Assembly: GCA_900617105.1 (NCBI GenBank)
Contig: UYFQ01000311.1
Coordinates: 1 to 64,000, forward strand
Length of the DNA stretch: 64,000 bases
Direction of reading: 5' to 3'
Source: Hydrurus foetidus
Lineage: Eukaryota
Shown here: piece by piece, positions 48,344 through 63,714 of the stretch
Position numbering within the stretch: the stretch's first letter is position 1
Layout: each line of letters starts with the position of its first letter
Position numbers and translations under genes: made by a program
Notes under the pieces: generated by a model
Told to the model about the DNA's origin: nothing
What the model saw: the letters and a program-made list of their open reading frames with translations, nothing else
The model's database searches: none

Positions 48344-51300
48344 CTTAGTTAGTCAGTCAGTTAGTTAGTTAGTTGGTTAGTTAGTTGGTGATCAAGTTGC
48401 AATGGGAGTTAGAGAGAGAGAGCGTACGTCGTATCAATTGTGCTGTGTGTGTTTCTATGACAGACTATTTCAGTACCAGCGAATTTATTTCGATATCCAT
48501 CGACAAGAAATGCTTTTCCAAATACGCACAGATGAAAACTACATAATGGTCTCAAAATCCTGGTGAAAACTTCAACTATATGTTCCGCTGTAAAGGGCCA
48601 TATTTGGCCGTAACCGTGTTTGGCCGTAACCATATTTAGCCGTAGCCGTATTTGGCCGTACCTGTATGCGTTGTATCCGGGGAACCAGCACTCGAGATCC
48701 AGCTTCTTCGTGGCAGCATTGTTAAGAGCACCGGATACGATGTTGATGACGTGGTAGGGAAAGCCTGATTGGAGAGGGAGATGATGTAGAGGGGAGAAGG
48801 GAATGAAAATAGTAAGTTAGTGAGAATGAATTGAGATGATAATAAAAAGAATTACGGAATAAAAATAGAAAGAAATGGGGAAGAAGACAGAAAATAGAAG
48901 AGAAGAGGATAAAATAGAAGAGAAGAGGATAATAGAGAAGAGGATAGAAGAGAAGAGTAGAGAAAGGAAGAAAAGATTATGTACGAGAGAAAGGTCAAAA
49001 GGTACGTTCAGTGACTCGAATTTAGTTCAAAAATGATTTCAAATCATGAGTTACTCCTAAGAAATCAGTGTTATCATTGCTGATGCATTTGGTATGAATG
49101 TCTGCATACAAGTACCTAGAGACTGGTAGAACTCTTCTGCTGCATTGATCATCTCGTCCTGCATCTTCTTGGACGTCTCTAGGTCGCCTATAGAATAGTG
49201 ATAAAGTGTAGCATGAAAAGTGTAGAGTAAAGTGTAGAGTGAAGTAACGAAAAAATGTGGTGTAGCGTGAAATGAAAGGGACAATAGATGTGAGAAAAAG
49301 AAAGTGTAGCGTGAAATGAAGTTGAAGATAAAGGAGAAATGTACTGCGGAGAGTAACGTGGAACGAATAAGTGTAGCATAAGAATTAGAAATAAATAAGG
49401 TGCGTTGAAAGTACAGTAAGTAACATCAAAAAGACAAATAATTTTATAAATTAAACGACAATATTTCATATCAAAATCGTACCATCGACAATAACGAATT
49501 GCTCCACTTTTTCAAATTGATGCACACGGAAGATGCCCCACGTATCTTTTCCGTGCTTTCCAGCCTCTTTACGGAAACACGTACTTACGCCTGCGTAACG
49601 TATGGGTAGCGATTTCTCCTCTATCCAATCGTTCATGTGGTAGCCGCAAATAGGTTGTTCTGACGTTGCGATGAGATACTTATCCTCGCTGTCTCCTCCT
49701 ACTTTATACAATTCTTCATCGAATTGCTCTAGTTGAGCCACGCCTGCCATCACTTCTTTTTTCATCATGTAAGGAGGCTGTAATACCGTGTATTCGCGTT
49801 TCCGTAAAAATGCAATACCTACATACACGAAAATATTAGATGATGATATTTTAGATGCACCATTTTTTTCACGATGTTCGAGACGGATGGAGTGATTGCA
49901 TCAATCTTGATTTATGTTACTTTCTACGAAATTTGTTCAATGAATAATTTTGAAAGCAGAAGTGCGGTTATAGTATTACATTACGTGAAGTTTCAGTTAT
50001 ATCAAGGATTAACATTGGTGTATGTATCTGCGAAAGTGAATCGTCCTCAAGATTAACAAGCAAAGAAAAGTGACTTATGTAGAATAAAAGCACGCACAAA
50101 TCTAGATGCTATGAGGAGTACGCACGTTAACTCACCATAGTTGATGAATGCTTGATTGAGCATGACTCCAACATCTTTGAGGAAATACCCTCTATGTCCC
50201 GCAACTGCTGCACCACGCTCTGGCTCATACCTGGCGGAGAAAAGAGGGAGGGAAAAGAGAGGACGAGCTGAGTGCGTGCGTGAGTGCGCACGAGAGTGAG
50301 TCACTGGAACAAGAGTGTGCAAGTGTACAAAAGGGGAGAATATGGGTGTGAGTGGGATGGAAAAGAGGAGGGGAGAAGGTGGGTCAGAGGGGAGAGGGGT
50401 AGGGAAGGAAGAAGAGGAGAGGGAGAGGGAGGGAAGGAAGAAGAGGGGGAAGGAGGGAGGAGGAGGGAGAGGGGGAGGGAAGGAAGAAGAGGGGAGAAGG
50501 AGGGAAGGAAAGGGGGAGGGAGGGAAAGAAAGAGAAAGAAGAGGGGAGGGAAGGGAGAAAAGGAAAGGAAATTGGAGGGAAAAGGAAAAAAACAAAATAA
50601 TGGCACAATTTATGACAAAATAATGTTCATGTACCCACCCTCCTATTCTCCATAAGAGATCATGGTGATTTAACAGGCCAGCAGGGTCTCTGCAGTTTCC
50701 CCATTTTCTGACGACCAAATTGTCGCTATCTTCGTCACGACTGATTGGCACTGAATCATCGACTATATTTCCAATTTTCCCGATCTGATTTACATTTATT
50801 ATAGATTGAAATGATTAAAATTAGATGGTGATAACGTCAAATAAGTATTTTTATCTAAATGAGATGGAGTTAAGACGGTAATATTTTTATATTGGTATTC
50901 ATGAAAGTCTTATTTCTTATTTCTTTGGGGTTTTATTATTTATATTTTGGGTCAAATATATTGTAGTTGATACATTGAATAAAGAATGTCCGTTAACAGA
51001 AACGATTCCAAGTAACTATTGTAATCACCCCCAACGTTACACTCACACGCATCCACTAAGTATCATTGAATCGCAACACATTGCGTTGTAGAAAACTTTT
51101 ACTACTGGTAGAATTTCGTGATTATTAGTGGTGGGGTATCATTGTTACGTTAGGAATAATTAGTTATGTAAACGCTTCATTATAGTCTTTCACTCAGTTC
51201 ATAAATAGAGGGATTAACTTTTCGCAAATGAAAATGTTAAACAAATGCATATCAGATATGATATTCTAAAATCTTAGGATCATTCTGAGAACAATACGAG

Positions 51301-52044
51301 GTATTTTTATCACATACATGCCGGAAGAGGTGCAAGATATGACTAAGAAATAATTTGATTTACTGCTGCTTGATGAACAGAAATCATTCTAATTCTCCTA
51401 CATTTCTTCTTGTGTTCAAGATAGGTGTGGAAGAAGTAGTGAAGTTGATTGGTAACGACAGCAAAGAAACGCTCTGAATGAAGACTGTTGTAACAACCGT
51501 TATACGGAAATATGTGGAAGATATCAATTATTTTGTGTTATCTAGCTTTTTCAAATGCAGTCAGAGCATATTAAGCCAAACAGGCAAACAGTGGAATCTG
51601 TCCCATCTCAAGATGTCAGTTTTCAGACTGCTATTCATCATTAAATTTGACACAGGAAAAGTTAGTTTTTGGTCAGGTAATTTCTGCAAGATCCAGTTCC
51701 CCCTCTATAAATTATGTCAGATTTATTACCTGCTTATCGATGACGATTCTCAACGCCTTCTGCTCCTCCTCAACCGCAACAATGTCGTCTCCGATCTGCT
51801 TAATTTGAGCTTTGCCTTCATCACATTCTTCTTTTGCCTTCATTTTCGTTGCCACAACTTTCTGGACAGTGTTGCGATCCTTCCTCAAATTGTCAATCTG
51901 ACCGGTCATCAGTCTCCATTTCTCATCATTAGCAATGATCTCATCAACAAGCTCTACTGGTGCAAATCTGCGGCGCTGAGACTCTCGGATGATCTCAGGA
52001 TCACCTCCACTTGAAACACGAAAAGAGTTGATATCGAGCGGCAT
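43705..52044 (-). CDS. SARS: Cytosolic seryl-tRNA synthetase with C-terminal WHEP and EF1B-like GST-type domains, ~15 exons
   Basis: [89 protein letters not shown]. Six further in-frame exons lead to TAA at 43707-43705. Confidence 0.93.
48130..48388. repeat. (TTAG)n microsatellite in a SerRS intron
   Basis: Degenerate gttagttagtta array. Confidence 0.9.
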
Positions 52045-52359
52045 TTTCGGAAGTGTCTAAGTTTATTGACGTGAAATTTGAAATCTGACTTCAGCAAACA
52101 GAAGTTTCTTTTTGAGGATAGGTAGAGTATCTTGTAGATGAGATGGATCAATCAAAAGTTTGGTGCCTATGTTTGTTGAGTGATGATGCGATGCTTTGAG
52201 ATCCGAGATTGGATTGCTCGGTGCGGAACTGTGGACAGCGGACAGCGGAGAAGATGAGAAAACTTCCCCAAGAGACTGGTAGATGCTCATGAAATTTTTG
52301 CTTTTCGTGACTTTTTGGTTTTTGGGAATTGTGCTTCACTCTTTTCTGTCACCTTTTTT

Positions 52360-53162
52360 CTGCGTAGGCCAATAAGCAAAATCGTATAATATATATACGC
52401 ATATATGCACGTTTCACAGATTTTTATATATATAAGCAACATATGCAAAGTACATACGTGTGCACCGTACAGTACTTACGTACGTTTTGTCCCTTTGGGG
52501 ATTTATTTGTATATTTTTGACAGAATCACGGAACCTTCTGGCCCTAGTGGTCAGAGGATTGATGTCCATCCGCCGGCCTTGAAACCGGGTTCGATCCTAT
52601 CATAACCATGGTCCGCTATGAGGGAGCTTTATGCAAGTGGACTACACCTTCCCATTTAAACGGGAATAAATAAAAAGTCCCAGGATCGTTCTAGGTAAAA
52701 GGCCAAATAGGTCCGATGTAACGCGTGGTACGGAGTCATACAGTGTGGTCTAGTAAGAAGGGTTCTGCCTTCGAAGCTTCCAGCTGAGAGCTGTACGGAG
52801 AAACATCACACCTTCGAGAAGAAGCTTTGTCGCAAAATTGTCTTTTATTATTTATAAGAATTAATTATCATAAGTGTCATTAGCGTCATTCCCAGCGATA
52901 GTTGAACCAGCGTGAATAAGTAAATCAATCAATGCATTGCGGCCCATATCTACCCATCAACTGATATCTATGATATACCCATCAACGACTCACATCGTCA
53001 GAATAGGCCTAATTCAGGAAGATTATCGAGTGATCTATTATAGGCCTATTATAGAGGGTTATACTTACTTTGCATATTTGGCTTGTTATCTATATATATA
53101 AGCAAATATGCAAAAAAATAGGTCTGCTGGCATATATGCTTATTGCATATTGGCCTACGCAG
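52360..53162. mobile_element. Non-autonomous DNA transposon (15-bp TIR, 8-bp TSD) between divergent genes
   Basis: TIR CTGCGTAGGCCAATA / TATTGGCCTACGCAG; TSD CCTTTTTT at 52352-52359 and 53163-53170. Confidence 0.88.
52536..52856 (+). mobile_element. tRNA-derived SINE-like element nested in the TIR element
   Basis: A-box-like TGGCCCTAGTGG, B-box GGTTCGATCC, no cloverleaf, ~250-nt body and (TTA)-type tail. Confidence 0.65.
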
Positions 53163-53328
53163 CCTTTTTTACGTAACCGCTCTCCAACAATAAATTTCGT
53201 ATTTTGAATGTTTCGATGGATGAAGCCATGAAGCCATCACACGCTATCTTCACATCAGCTGTTCTGTCACCATCTCCTCATCAAGAGCGACTGAGAACTG
53301 TGGTTATCTCGTTCGATGAAAGGTTGGT

Positions 53329-56300
53329 ATGAATCTCAACGGAACAGAGTTTCAGAGGGGATCATTCGGTAAAGCAGAGAAGTTAAAATCAATGACTTCC
53401 AAAAGTAAGAAAGCACCTCCAGTGGGTTATGATAGAAGAAACCCTCACCAGAAGCCTGTTCTCGCCAGAAGTTTTGTGTCATCTCTTCTTCCGACAGAGC
53501 CTGTAGCAAAAGCGCCACTGCACCCATTTCTGTCAGTAGAGCTTGGCGGAAATATGCTGAATCTAAATCAGATTTTCAGCAGCTCAGACAAGAAAGAAAG
53601 GAAGGTGCAGACGAGTCAGTCAGAGCCGATGCTGGAGAGGAATTTAAATTCCAATGAGGATACGACTCCAGCCTACATTCCGGTCAGTTTGCAGAATTGA
53701 ATTCCTTGTATAGTGTTACCAATCGTTAATTAACCTGTGACATTGTATCAGAATCATTGCTGATCTGAAGTTTACCATCGAATATCATCATATCAGGCGA
53801 TTTCAACGCCTTTTTTCGCTATTGGTGAATTTTAAACAGTCCCCTGTAATCTATCTACTTCACCAACTTCAACTTCCTAACTACTCAGTTCCTAAGGAGT
53901 AATTCTTTTGTTCCGACGAAACCAGTCTACCGATGCTCAGATTCTATTCATTATTCACACCTCAAATTACCACCAACAAACTCCTGCTATGCTATGGCAG
54001 CAATTATCATTTGTTCTAGATATTACCAGCTAATACAATTAATCCTACGGGCTTTTCTTGCTCTTATAATTAGTCCTCCATATTCTCCACAATATGCGGT
54101 CCTTCACTTACGCGATATTCCTTACTGCATTATTCTGATATTTATCCCACACTTAGTTCAGTCTTATTTCGGTTTTAGCCAGTGTCAAATGCATGGCCTG
54201 TAAGAAACCGTGTCATTCTCTCTTATATATGAATAGTTGCATCGCATGGTGATTTTACTCCATATTTCTACTTCATTCAGTTGACAGATTCATGATAAAT
54301 TTTCTGATTTGCTGTGCTTTATTCATGTCGATTTTGAAAATAAAAAATTATTTCATATCATGAACAACAATAGATTTATCATTGTTATTGTTCCTTTTTT
54401 ATTTTTACAGCTGCCAGATCATTACTTTCGGAATGTCGGGGCCATAAATACGGCACCGATAAGTAATAGAAGAAAAAGCGAGAGTAAAATAGATTATTCA
54501 AATCATGAGCAATTAAAGAATGGTGATAAAAAAGATTGTAACAATACATCGAAAATAGACAAAATTGTTGTTCCAATTAGTGACATTAATAATGCAATTA
54601 AAGTGAGCAACACAGTTTGTAATATCAATACAAATAATGTTGATTCAAATACTAATATTGATGCTAATAATGATAATGACGGTGTTAATGAAATAGAAGA
54701 TGATGCAGTTGTACATAACGAAGTACATAGCGATTGTGAAATTGATGATGAAGTTGACGTAGTTAAAAACAATATTGAAAATGAAAATCACAAAAAACGG
54801 TATGCTCATAATATCAAACGGTGAGTTGATTGGTGGTTGTTGATCAAATAAATTTTCTGGTATTGTAGTGTAGAGTATTGAAGTATTGAATTAAATCATA
54901 TTGTATTGCATTGTATTGTATTATTGTGTGAAATTTTCTTTCTTTGCAATTATGTGTAATTTGATTAATAGTATTGAATTACATGGTACCGTATGGCACA
55001 GAATACTGAACAGCTTATATATCAATGTACTAACAAACACAAGTAAACTCATGTATGAGTTGTTTATTGGTATTTGTTGATGATGTGAATTGCGTGGTAC
55101 TGTGCCGTATGGTGTAGAGTATGGTGGTAGTGTGTTGCATTGTGCTGTACTGTACTGTATTGTACTGTGTTATCGTCTGATATTTTTGTGTTGTGCAGTA
55201 TAACGTACTTTGTTGTGTAAAATATTACGATGTAGCATTGTGTGTACAGTAGAATTTACTACAGTATAGTGCAGTGTATTACATTGTATTGTATCGCATT
55301 GTATTGTGTTGTATTGTGTTGTATTGTATTGTACTGTGTTGTGTTGTGCTGTATTGAAGTGTACTGTATTATATTATATTATATTATATTATAGTACGAC
55401 GTAGTTTAGTGTACTGTGGTGTATTATAGTATTGCATTGCAGAGAATTATGTAGGAGGAATATTCAGTATAGTACGGCATAGTACAGGACAGTATAATAC
55501 AGTTCAGTGTATTACAGTAAATCGTAGAATAGTTATTCTTCCCATTATTTACATGGCATCGTTGTCCTAATATTGCATGGGGTTTCTCACTCCCTGCCTC
55601 CCCTTTTTTTAAATCCTATCATCGCTATCTCAATCATTTCCTCTTTATTTATTGCACAACGTTTACTCACTTTTTATCCATCGATCTCATTAATTAATTC
55701 ATGATATATTCTCCAGCTGCTTCCCCTACTTTTTGCGAATTCAGCAATTTATTTGAAGAAAGAAATCTTCTTTTCTCCTTTCTTTTTTTCTTTCTTAGCG
55801 GCCTTTCTTACTCTTTTTTTCTTCTTATTTATTTCTTTTTCTCGTAGTGGATTTGATTCTGAAAACGAAGAAATCGATGATGAATTAGAGAGCGAGGTAG
55901 GGAACGAGGTAGAGTCAGAGATAGAAACGGACGATGAACATCTCACAATCGCAAAAACGACAAAAAACATGTTGCGGTAAGAATTAGGATCAAAGATGAA
56001 AAAATCTTTTGATGTAATTGATGAATCTTTACTTTTTCAAAATAATTTTTTTTCTCCCTTGAAATATATTTGTGTTTTATACTTCTACTTGACATTTTTG
56101 CTGCTGATTCAGAAATCACTTTATTTCAACTTTTTTTTTCTTTTTTTTAGCATTCATTATTCTAATTGTAATGCACTCACTTTTAATTATTTTCAGTCAT
56201 CATAATGGTATCACTCCGATACCTGAAAATCATACTTTAAACGGTAAGTACGTATGTACGTTCGCACCACAACAATTATTTAAATTAGTTGTAATTGCAT

Positions 56301-58601
56301 GCAGCTAATTTTTTTACATTTTTAATGCGCTTCTTTTTTCTTACTGTGCATTCTAGTTGCTTCTACGATGTCATATTACTTCGTTGTCATAGATGAACAC
56401 TTTGTTTTGATATTTGGATCAACAGAATAGGTTGTGTCAAACTGTATTTATTATTTTGTTCATCGCTAAGAGGCTATCCTGTTTGCATCTTATTTAATGA
56501 GCACTTTAATTCTATTATTTGATTACTTTTCATTTCAGTACATTTCAGTGTTCAATTATAATGGCTGTCGTCATCATCATCGTTACAGTTATCATCGATC
56601 TTGATATTATTCTTTGTTTTATCGATATTTTAATAGTTTGTGAAGAAATGTATTTCCCTGGAGTAAACATTGCGAGAAGAAAAAGAAAGGTAAAAAAGAT
56701 AATGATCACTTTTTTACGTATTATTTTTTCTTTTATCGAAATTCTTCTTCTTTTTTCTTCATATGTATCTCATACTAAATATCACAAAATTTATCATTCG
56801 AATTTTCCCGCATTTAATCGAATGCAAACGTACGGAATACACATTGCCCTTCAAATAATCTACCGCACATTCTCAAGATCACGACTAATCAGGAAAATCA
56901 TATTTACGTACTCAAAAATAATCTTTCAGAACAACTTTTGTCGCTCTGAATTCATCAAATGTGCTTAAAAAAACCCCAAAACTGCTCTATGTTCTGACCT
57001 GTACAATATCAATCTTACTAACAATATTTTCAAATTTCATTCTTCTTTTTTTTTTCTAGTCACTTTTTTCCATCTTTTTTTCTTTCTTTTTCCGTAGTCC
57101 GATGCATCCATGATGTCCGGTTTAGGGGACGATCCCACTATGGTGTCGGAGACCATCGAAGAGCTTCGACTAGAACTAGACAGGGTACGTACGTGTATGT
57201 GTGTATATATGCATGTGTGTGTGTTCATATTATTTAATTCATGATAAGTGGCAACTGAACGGGAATATCGTATTTTGTACTCGAAAATGACCGCTGAGAA
57301 TAACTTGTATTTCTCAATATTTGCTCTCATTTCTCACACACACACAAGCAGTTACTCACTCACCAACCCTCCATCCACTTACCACACCCTTCATCCCTTT
57401 ATCCTTCCTTCCCTCCACACGCATACACACACGCCCCTGCCCCCTTCTCATCCTCACTCCCCCTTCCCCCCCCTCCCCACGCACTCACACAGACAAACAC
57501 GCCACCCTCCCTCTCACCCTCCCTCACACGCACTCCTCTCCCTCCTCCTCCCTTCTCACATTCCCCACACACGCACACTTCCCCACCCAGACGGCATTTG
57601 CGTTGAGTCTTGAGCAGCGGAAAGGTCGACCTGTAAAACACGTGATAGGCTCTCAGTTCAGATTGCCCGTAAGTACGGTCATGAAGTGCGAACATTGTAC
57701 CGACTCGGAAAGACAGATAAAGGTAAATTATACTTTTACGTTAACAGCGTTGATATTGATATCTTTATTTCCGTTTATTATTATTATTATTTTGTGAGAG
57801 TTTGTGTCTGTTTATTTTTTATCTTGATATTAAGCCTAATTTAGATTGATTTGAGATAATTAAATCTCCCATAATTAAATCAGAATCGTACAGTACTTCC
57901 TATCACAATTCGAAATGACGGATTTTGTCTCATTTCTGTACTTAGGTTTCTCGCGATTCTGTCAGAACATTGAAACTTCAATTAGCGAGAAGTTTGGAGG
58001 ATATAAAAGGTGAGAATCAATAATATTTGATGCCAATTCATTAAATTTGATGCAATTATTTTCTTGCCATTAACTAATTTTCATGCTATTTTCTGTATTA
58101 AGAAATTTAAATTTTGTATTCCCAGTGTACGTATATACATTTACATTACACATTCTTCTTCATTTCTCTGTAGCCGCACTTAAATCAACGAAATAAATTA
58201 GAATTCTATCGCTATATATGATTGTATTTCATTATTTTATTTATTGTTATTTTTGTATGTCATTTCTTTCAGTTCATTTCTATCATATCGTGTCCATTTT
58301 TTTTTATCTTCTTTATTTTCTTTTTGTTTTTTAACATCTACCATCAGGTCTTCGTAAATCGAAGAGTTTGGATATTACCACTAGTTTGCTAAAATTAAGG
58401 TCAAAACAGCCCTATTTTTAAGTTTTTTCTTATCGCCACTATTATCATCATTTTCAGTCTGTTTTCACAAATGCTCGTTTTCATCTTTTCTTTTCTTTTG
58501 TGTAGAGTGTAACAGATACTCAGAATGTCTCCTCAATAATACTTGCCAGTATTTGTTTCACTCGCCTATGTACTCTATTTTTCCTTCCTTCCTTTTTTTT
58601 T

Positions 58602-58662
<61 letters not shown>

Positions 58663-61600
58663 GTTTCTTTATGTTGTCATTTCTGTTTATTTCCATCTTT
58701 TTTTCCCGTCAATTATTCCAAGATATCAGATGACAAATACCTCTTTAATTATTAATCGAACTCATTATTAATCGATTTCATTAATTAAGCTTCATTTGTC
58801 AATTGTGTTTTTCCACATCAAATACTTCATTTTATTTTTAATCGTAACATTTCGTGCTATTTAATAATTCGTATTTATTTTATTTTTTACTGCAGAGATG
58901 AATTATTAGAAAACCAACTTCAACTTGAGAAACAGTGTGAAGAAAGAGAAAATGAAATAGGAAGATATAAGAAGAAAAGTCATAATGTAAGAATGGATTC
59001 AATTTAACGCTATTTTGATAATTATGTGACCCTTTTTTGCCACTTTTAGTTAACGGAATATACTGTGGGTTGACGGAGAGTTGTGACGTTTTCATGCGTA
59101 ATAAAAATCGTGCAAATTCTGCTTTTTTAAGCCGTATTATATTTTTTTATATCACTTCACAATTTACCATTCTGATGAGAAACGGAATGTCATCATTTTG
59201 TTTTATAGAATTATTGAAGCAAAATATTAAATCAGTTATTTTATTATTTCTACCGATTATATTTTGTACTTACATTTCGTATCTTTTTTTCTTTTTTCAA
59301 TCAATTTTCCCGTAGGATGAAGTAACTTTAGAAGGATATAAAAAACAAATTGCAGAAATGATAAATCATCAAAAATGTAAGACTGTCATACCAAAACATT
59401 TCTTTAAATTTGTTTTTTTCAATCTATCGTGCATCAACATCAACCATGATTTCATGAGCAAAATCAACTTTTTCTAAATGACTAGATCTTGATAAAGTAT
59501 AAACTACTTATCAAAATATTCAGCCTCGTACTCATCACGATGATTTATTTATTTCAAGTAAACGACATCAGAGAAAAGGAACTAGCAGCAGAAAATCTTA
59601 AATCAGAAGCAAAAGCGGCTCTACATATTGTTACCACGGAAAGGTGAAACTAAGACTAAAAATGAAACACTCACACTGAATTTATCTGTTCACCAACAAA
59701 GAAATTTTAAGAACAATAACTTATATTAAAAATCATACATGAATATAAAAATAAAAAAATTTACAAAATTTAAGAATTATAAATTGAGCAATATTGAAAG
59801 TTCTTACAATTTTTCGACTGAAATATTGTTTGGCTTTTTGTGTTCCCTTTTAGCGCCGTTTTCATGATGTTCTTGATGACTTTATTTGGTCGTATACTCT
59901 CACAACTCTGATCTGCAAGATCATATCTACGACATAAATTAAATCACATACATCAATTTTTACTGATTTTCCTCTCATTTTTTGCACGTGAAAAGTGTGA
60001 CGAAAGTTTTTATTAATAATTTCCATTACAATCTAGTTCACAATTTGTTTTTTAAAAAAATTGCTTATACACATATACATGCACATTGAAAAAATGTAAT
60101 TTTTTCATTTGTTACTGTAGGGATGATTTGCGGAATGTAGTTATTCAACTGAAAGAAGGTAAACTAATACTAAAATTAACTACAATGTAAATATGGTGTA
60201 ATGTAAATGACACATGTCTTCTATTGTATGAAATAAGTTTGTAAGGTGTTACATTATTTCGCATAACTTTTACTATGAGTGTAGTAGATGTTATTGTAGT
60301 AGATGTTATTGTAGTAGATGTTATTGTAGTAGATGTTATTGTAGTAGATGTTAGTGTAGTAGATGTTATTGTAGTAGATGTTATTGTAGTAGATGTTATT
60401 GTAGTCATAAGCATCACCATCATAATCACTAATTATTTCTGTTACCATTGCTACCATTATTACTGTCACTATGATTTGCATTATGTCTCCTTATACCTTC
60501 ACTACAAATATTTAATTTTTACTACTTTGCTAATTTTGAATTTTGTCAAATATCATGCTGCACTTTATCTCTACCGTTTCTTTTCTTTCGACTTTATTCT
60601 TACAATAATGATTTAACTACCGCATTTTCTCGCACTGTAATTTTCTTTCTTTTCTCCTATTGCAGCTAATATTCTTATTTTTCATGTTTTCCCCTCTTTC
60701 CCTCACTTCTACCTTTCCTTACTTCCTCCTCATAGATCTTCTTTATTTCACTCTATTTCGTCCTCTTTAATCTTAACTACCAGCTATTCAGGGACACAAG
60801 GTTCAACTTGATCAATCGGAATCGAAAAGAAGAGCTCTTAAAAGGTAGACAATCGTACTAAATATTTCTCCCTTATTTTTTCATGAATTGAGTCTGTATG
60901 CGAATCAAATGTACGTCATAAAAAAGAACATCACAAGAATACACGTAGCTCAAAATATGCATTAAGTACTTTCACGTGTGTTTTTATTCCATTCTGTTTT
61001 TTTATGGCACATTTTTATACCCTTTTTCACGTGCTCTTCTATGCTTTTTATCTATATGAATACTTTTTTTCTATTCTTTTTTAATTTTGTCATAACATTG
61101 ATTTGATCATTGCCTTATTTGCGCATCATTTTCCCTTTTTTCCCTCTTCAATTTTAATTAATTAAAGTATTCCTTTTTTTTATCTTTCTCTAGAAAATCA
61201 CTCGAGAGAGCTGTGATAGAAAAAACGAATGAAGAAGAAATAGCGAAATTGTATTTAACTTTAGAAGCAAAAGAATCTGAGATAAAATCACTTACGGTGC
61301 GTAAGTACGACAATTTGTTTGTGTGTACAGAATTGAGTGTGAGATTAACTATTTATATTAATCATTTAGTATCTACGTTTTCTGACCACGCAGTAACACA
61401 AGATTTTTTCGTCTCTCTTCCGATTCTTACCTATTTTTAACCGATTGTTTAAATCCACTAAATTGTTTCTCCTGCCAGAGTTTTCTCACGTTTTTATTAA
61501 CTGTACATTTACCATTTTTCCTCTTCTCCTTATTCTCCCTTTCTTCCTTCGTACTTTCCTATTTCATATCTTATTTCCTTTCAGCCTTCTCCCTTTCTTC

Positions 61601-63714
61601 ACATCTCCCTTCCAATCTTTCTCCCTTCCTATCTCTCCCCCTACCCATCCTTATCTTCCTCTTAACATTTTTTTTTCCTTTCTCCTTCCCTCTTTTTCCC
61701 TCCTTTCTCTATTCCTTCTCCTCACCTATCTTATCTCCATAATCGATTTTAAATTATTCCCCTACTTTCCCTCCCTTGTACTCTGCACCCTCCATTATTT
61801 TCTCCTGTCTTTTTCTCAATTTCAGACATCGTTAGAATTGATGCGTGCTGCCGCTTCTGATTCAATGTCGGTTATAGGAGATCTACAAGATAAAAGCAGG
61901 TACCTAATAATCTTAAATAGCACCTAATTTTATGATTACATCTTACATCTTACGCAACACTGTTGTATTTTTTTTGGAAGATTTCATGCGATTTTTTTTA
62001 TACAAATAAATTCGTTCGCAGCTCTAGTAATTGTAAAAACCACACCAAGCTATATTCTTATTTGTCTTGTGCATAAAGAGAGGAATTATTCTATCATTAT
62101 CATTTATATCAAGCGAGTTCATACCAATAATATTACAATTAATGCTATTACAAATTATTCGATAGTTTCAATTATTTATGTCAATAGATATCTAATCATT
62201 TTTTTTTTTTAGGAAATTAATTGATTCTCAGGAAGAAATGAAAACAGCTCAAAGGCTTCTAGTAAAGAGTATAGAAATTGTTAACATAACCGCTGAAGTT
62301 AATGAACAAAAATACAAGGTAGCAAAATAAGCTTTATAAGTGCCACAACAATTTTGAATTACCACACTTATTTTTTTGATATTATTATTTAAGATATTCT
62401 AAGATAAGTGTAGTAGAGATGTAATGAATAATTTGTTGAAATTCCGATTTCCCTCAAATTTAGAAATTGTATTTTATTGCCCCCTATCAATTAGATTGGA
62501 AGGGGGATGAAGATCATTTTTCATATTTCATAAACATTTTTTATTATCAAAAAGAGAAAGGTTTCCTTGCGAAAGGCATGATCGTTATTATTATCATGAT
62601 TATTATTATGATTGTTATTTCGCTATCATTATTATTGTATTATCAAACACTCATAGAATTCACTCATTCATTTGAATCGCATCATTTTCTGATAGGATGA
62701 ATTACAGAAGGAAACATACGTACGTTCACTTCTTGTCGAAGCCAGAGCGTCTAATTCGAATTTAGAAAAAGAATTAAAAATGTCAGTGGAAAAAATAAAA
62801 TTGTTGGAAGAGGTGGGAAATAGTTTCAATTTTATTTATTGTTTTAAATTTTATTAAATATTTTGTTTCTTTTAATACGGTCATTTATTTTTTATTCAAA
62901 ATAATTCTACAAGTCATTCATGGAAATACACTAATCAATAAACTTTCTTTTTTATTCATAGGATAATTCAAGCATGAAAAACAGATTTACTATTTCAACT
63001 GACGCGCAATTGGAAGCACTAGAAAAAGCACTCGCAAATAGTGTGCGACTCTGTGTGGTAGCTCCCACTGTCAATGTTCATGTTGGGGAGGAAAAATTCA
63101 AATTGCAATCTGGGTGAGTGGGTTATTGAGTGTGATATGTGTGAGGGTTTATGTTTAGTTTTCATACACTGTATTATGACACACTATACTGCATTGTTAA
63201 ATCTCATACTTTACTGTACTATACTATACTATACTCTGTACAGTACTATACTAACCTTTACTATGCGACACAATAACTTGACATAACTCATCGCAACACA
63301 ATGCAATTAAATTCACTCAAATTTCTATCATCGTTCTCACATAAACACTTTTTGATATATTATTTATTTCTCAATTAATCAAAGGTTGACAGAAAAATAG
63401 AAATCTTTCTTTTTTATTTACAAACGATTTTAACTTTTTCCACTTCTTCACAATTTTTTATTTTTTTGTTATGTACTAATCACTTTCTTATTCAATTAAT
63501 TGGTACAAATATCAATAGAATTCACAACAGACTATTATTTGCAAATGTTCTAACTATTCATCTTTAAACGAATTTACTTTTTCTCACACTTAATAATTAT
63601 TTTTATTATTACTTAGGTTGCTGGAAAATTCAATTCGGGATTTTATAATTTATGAAGTGTTATCGCAGTACACTTTTTTGTTCAATCAAATCAAAGAAAA
63701 TAGTGGGCCGGAAG
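53329..63714 (+). CDS. Large multi-exon coiled-coil protein of unknown function; continues beyond the window, start uncertain
   Basis: Chain of short GT-AG exons (e.g. 54411, 55848, 57098, 57590, 61194, 62213, 62962, 63618) encoding EELRLELDR, KSLERAVIEKTNEEEIAKL and LEALEKALANSVRLCVVAPTVNVHV. Confidence 0.7.
60281..60405. repeat. 15-bp minisatellite, ~8 copies (gtagtagatgttatt), intronic
   Basis: Direct inspection. Confidence 0.92.

Noticed and set aside
52536..52605. tRNA gene
   Set aside because: A and B boxes are present but no acceptor or anticodon stems form; a body and tail follow, which fits a SINE.
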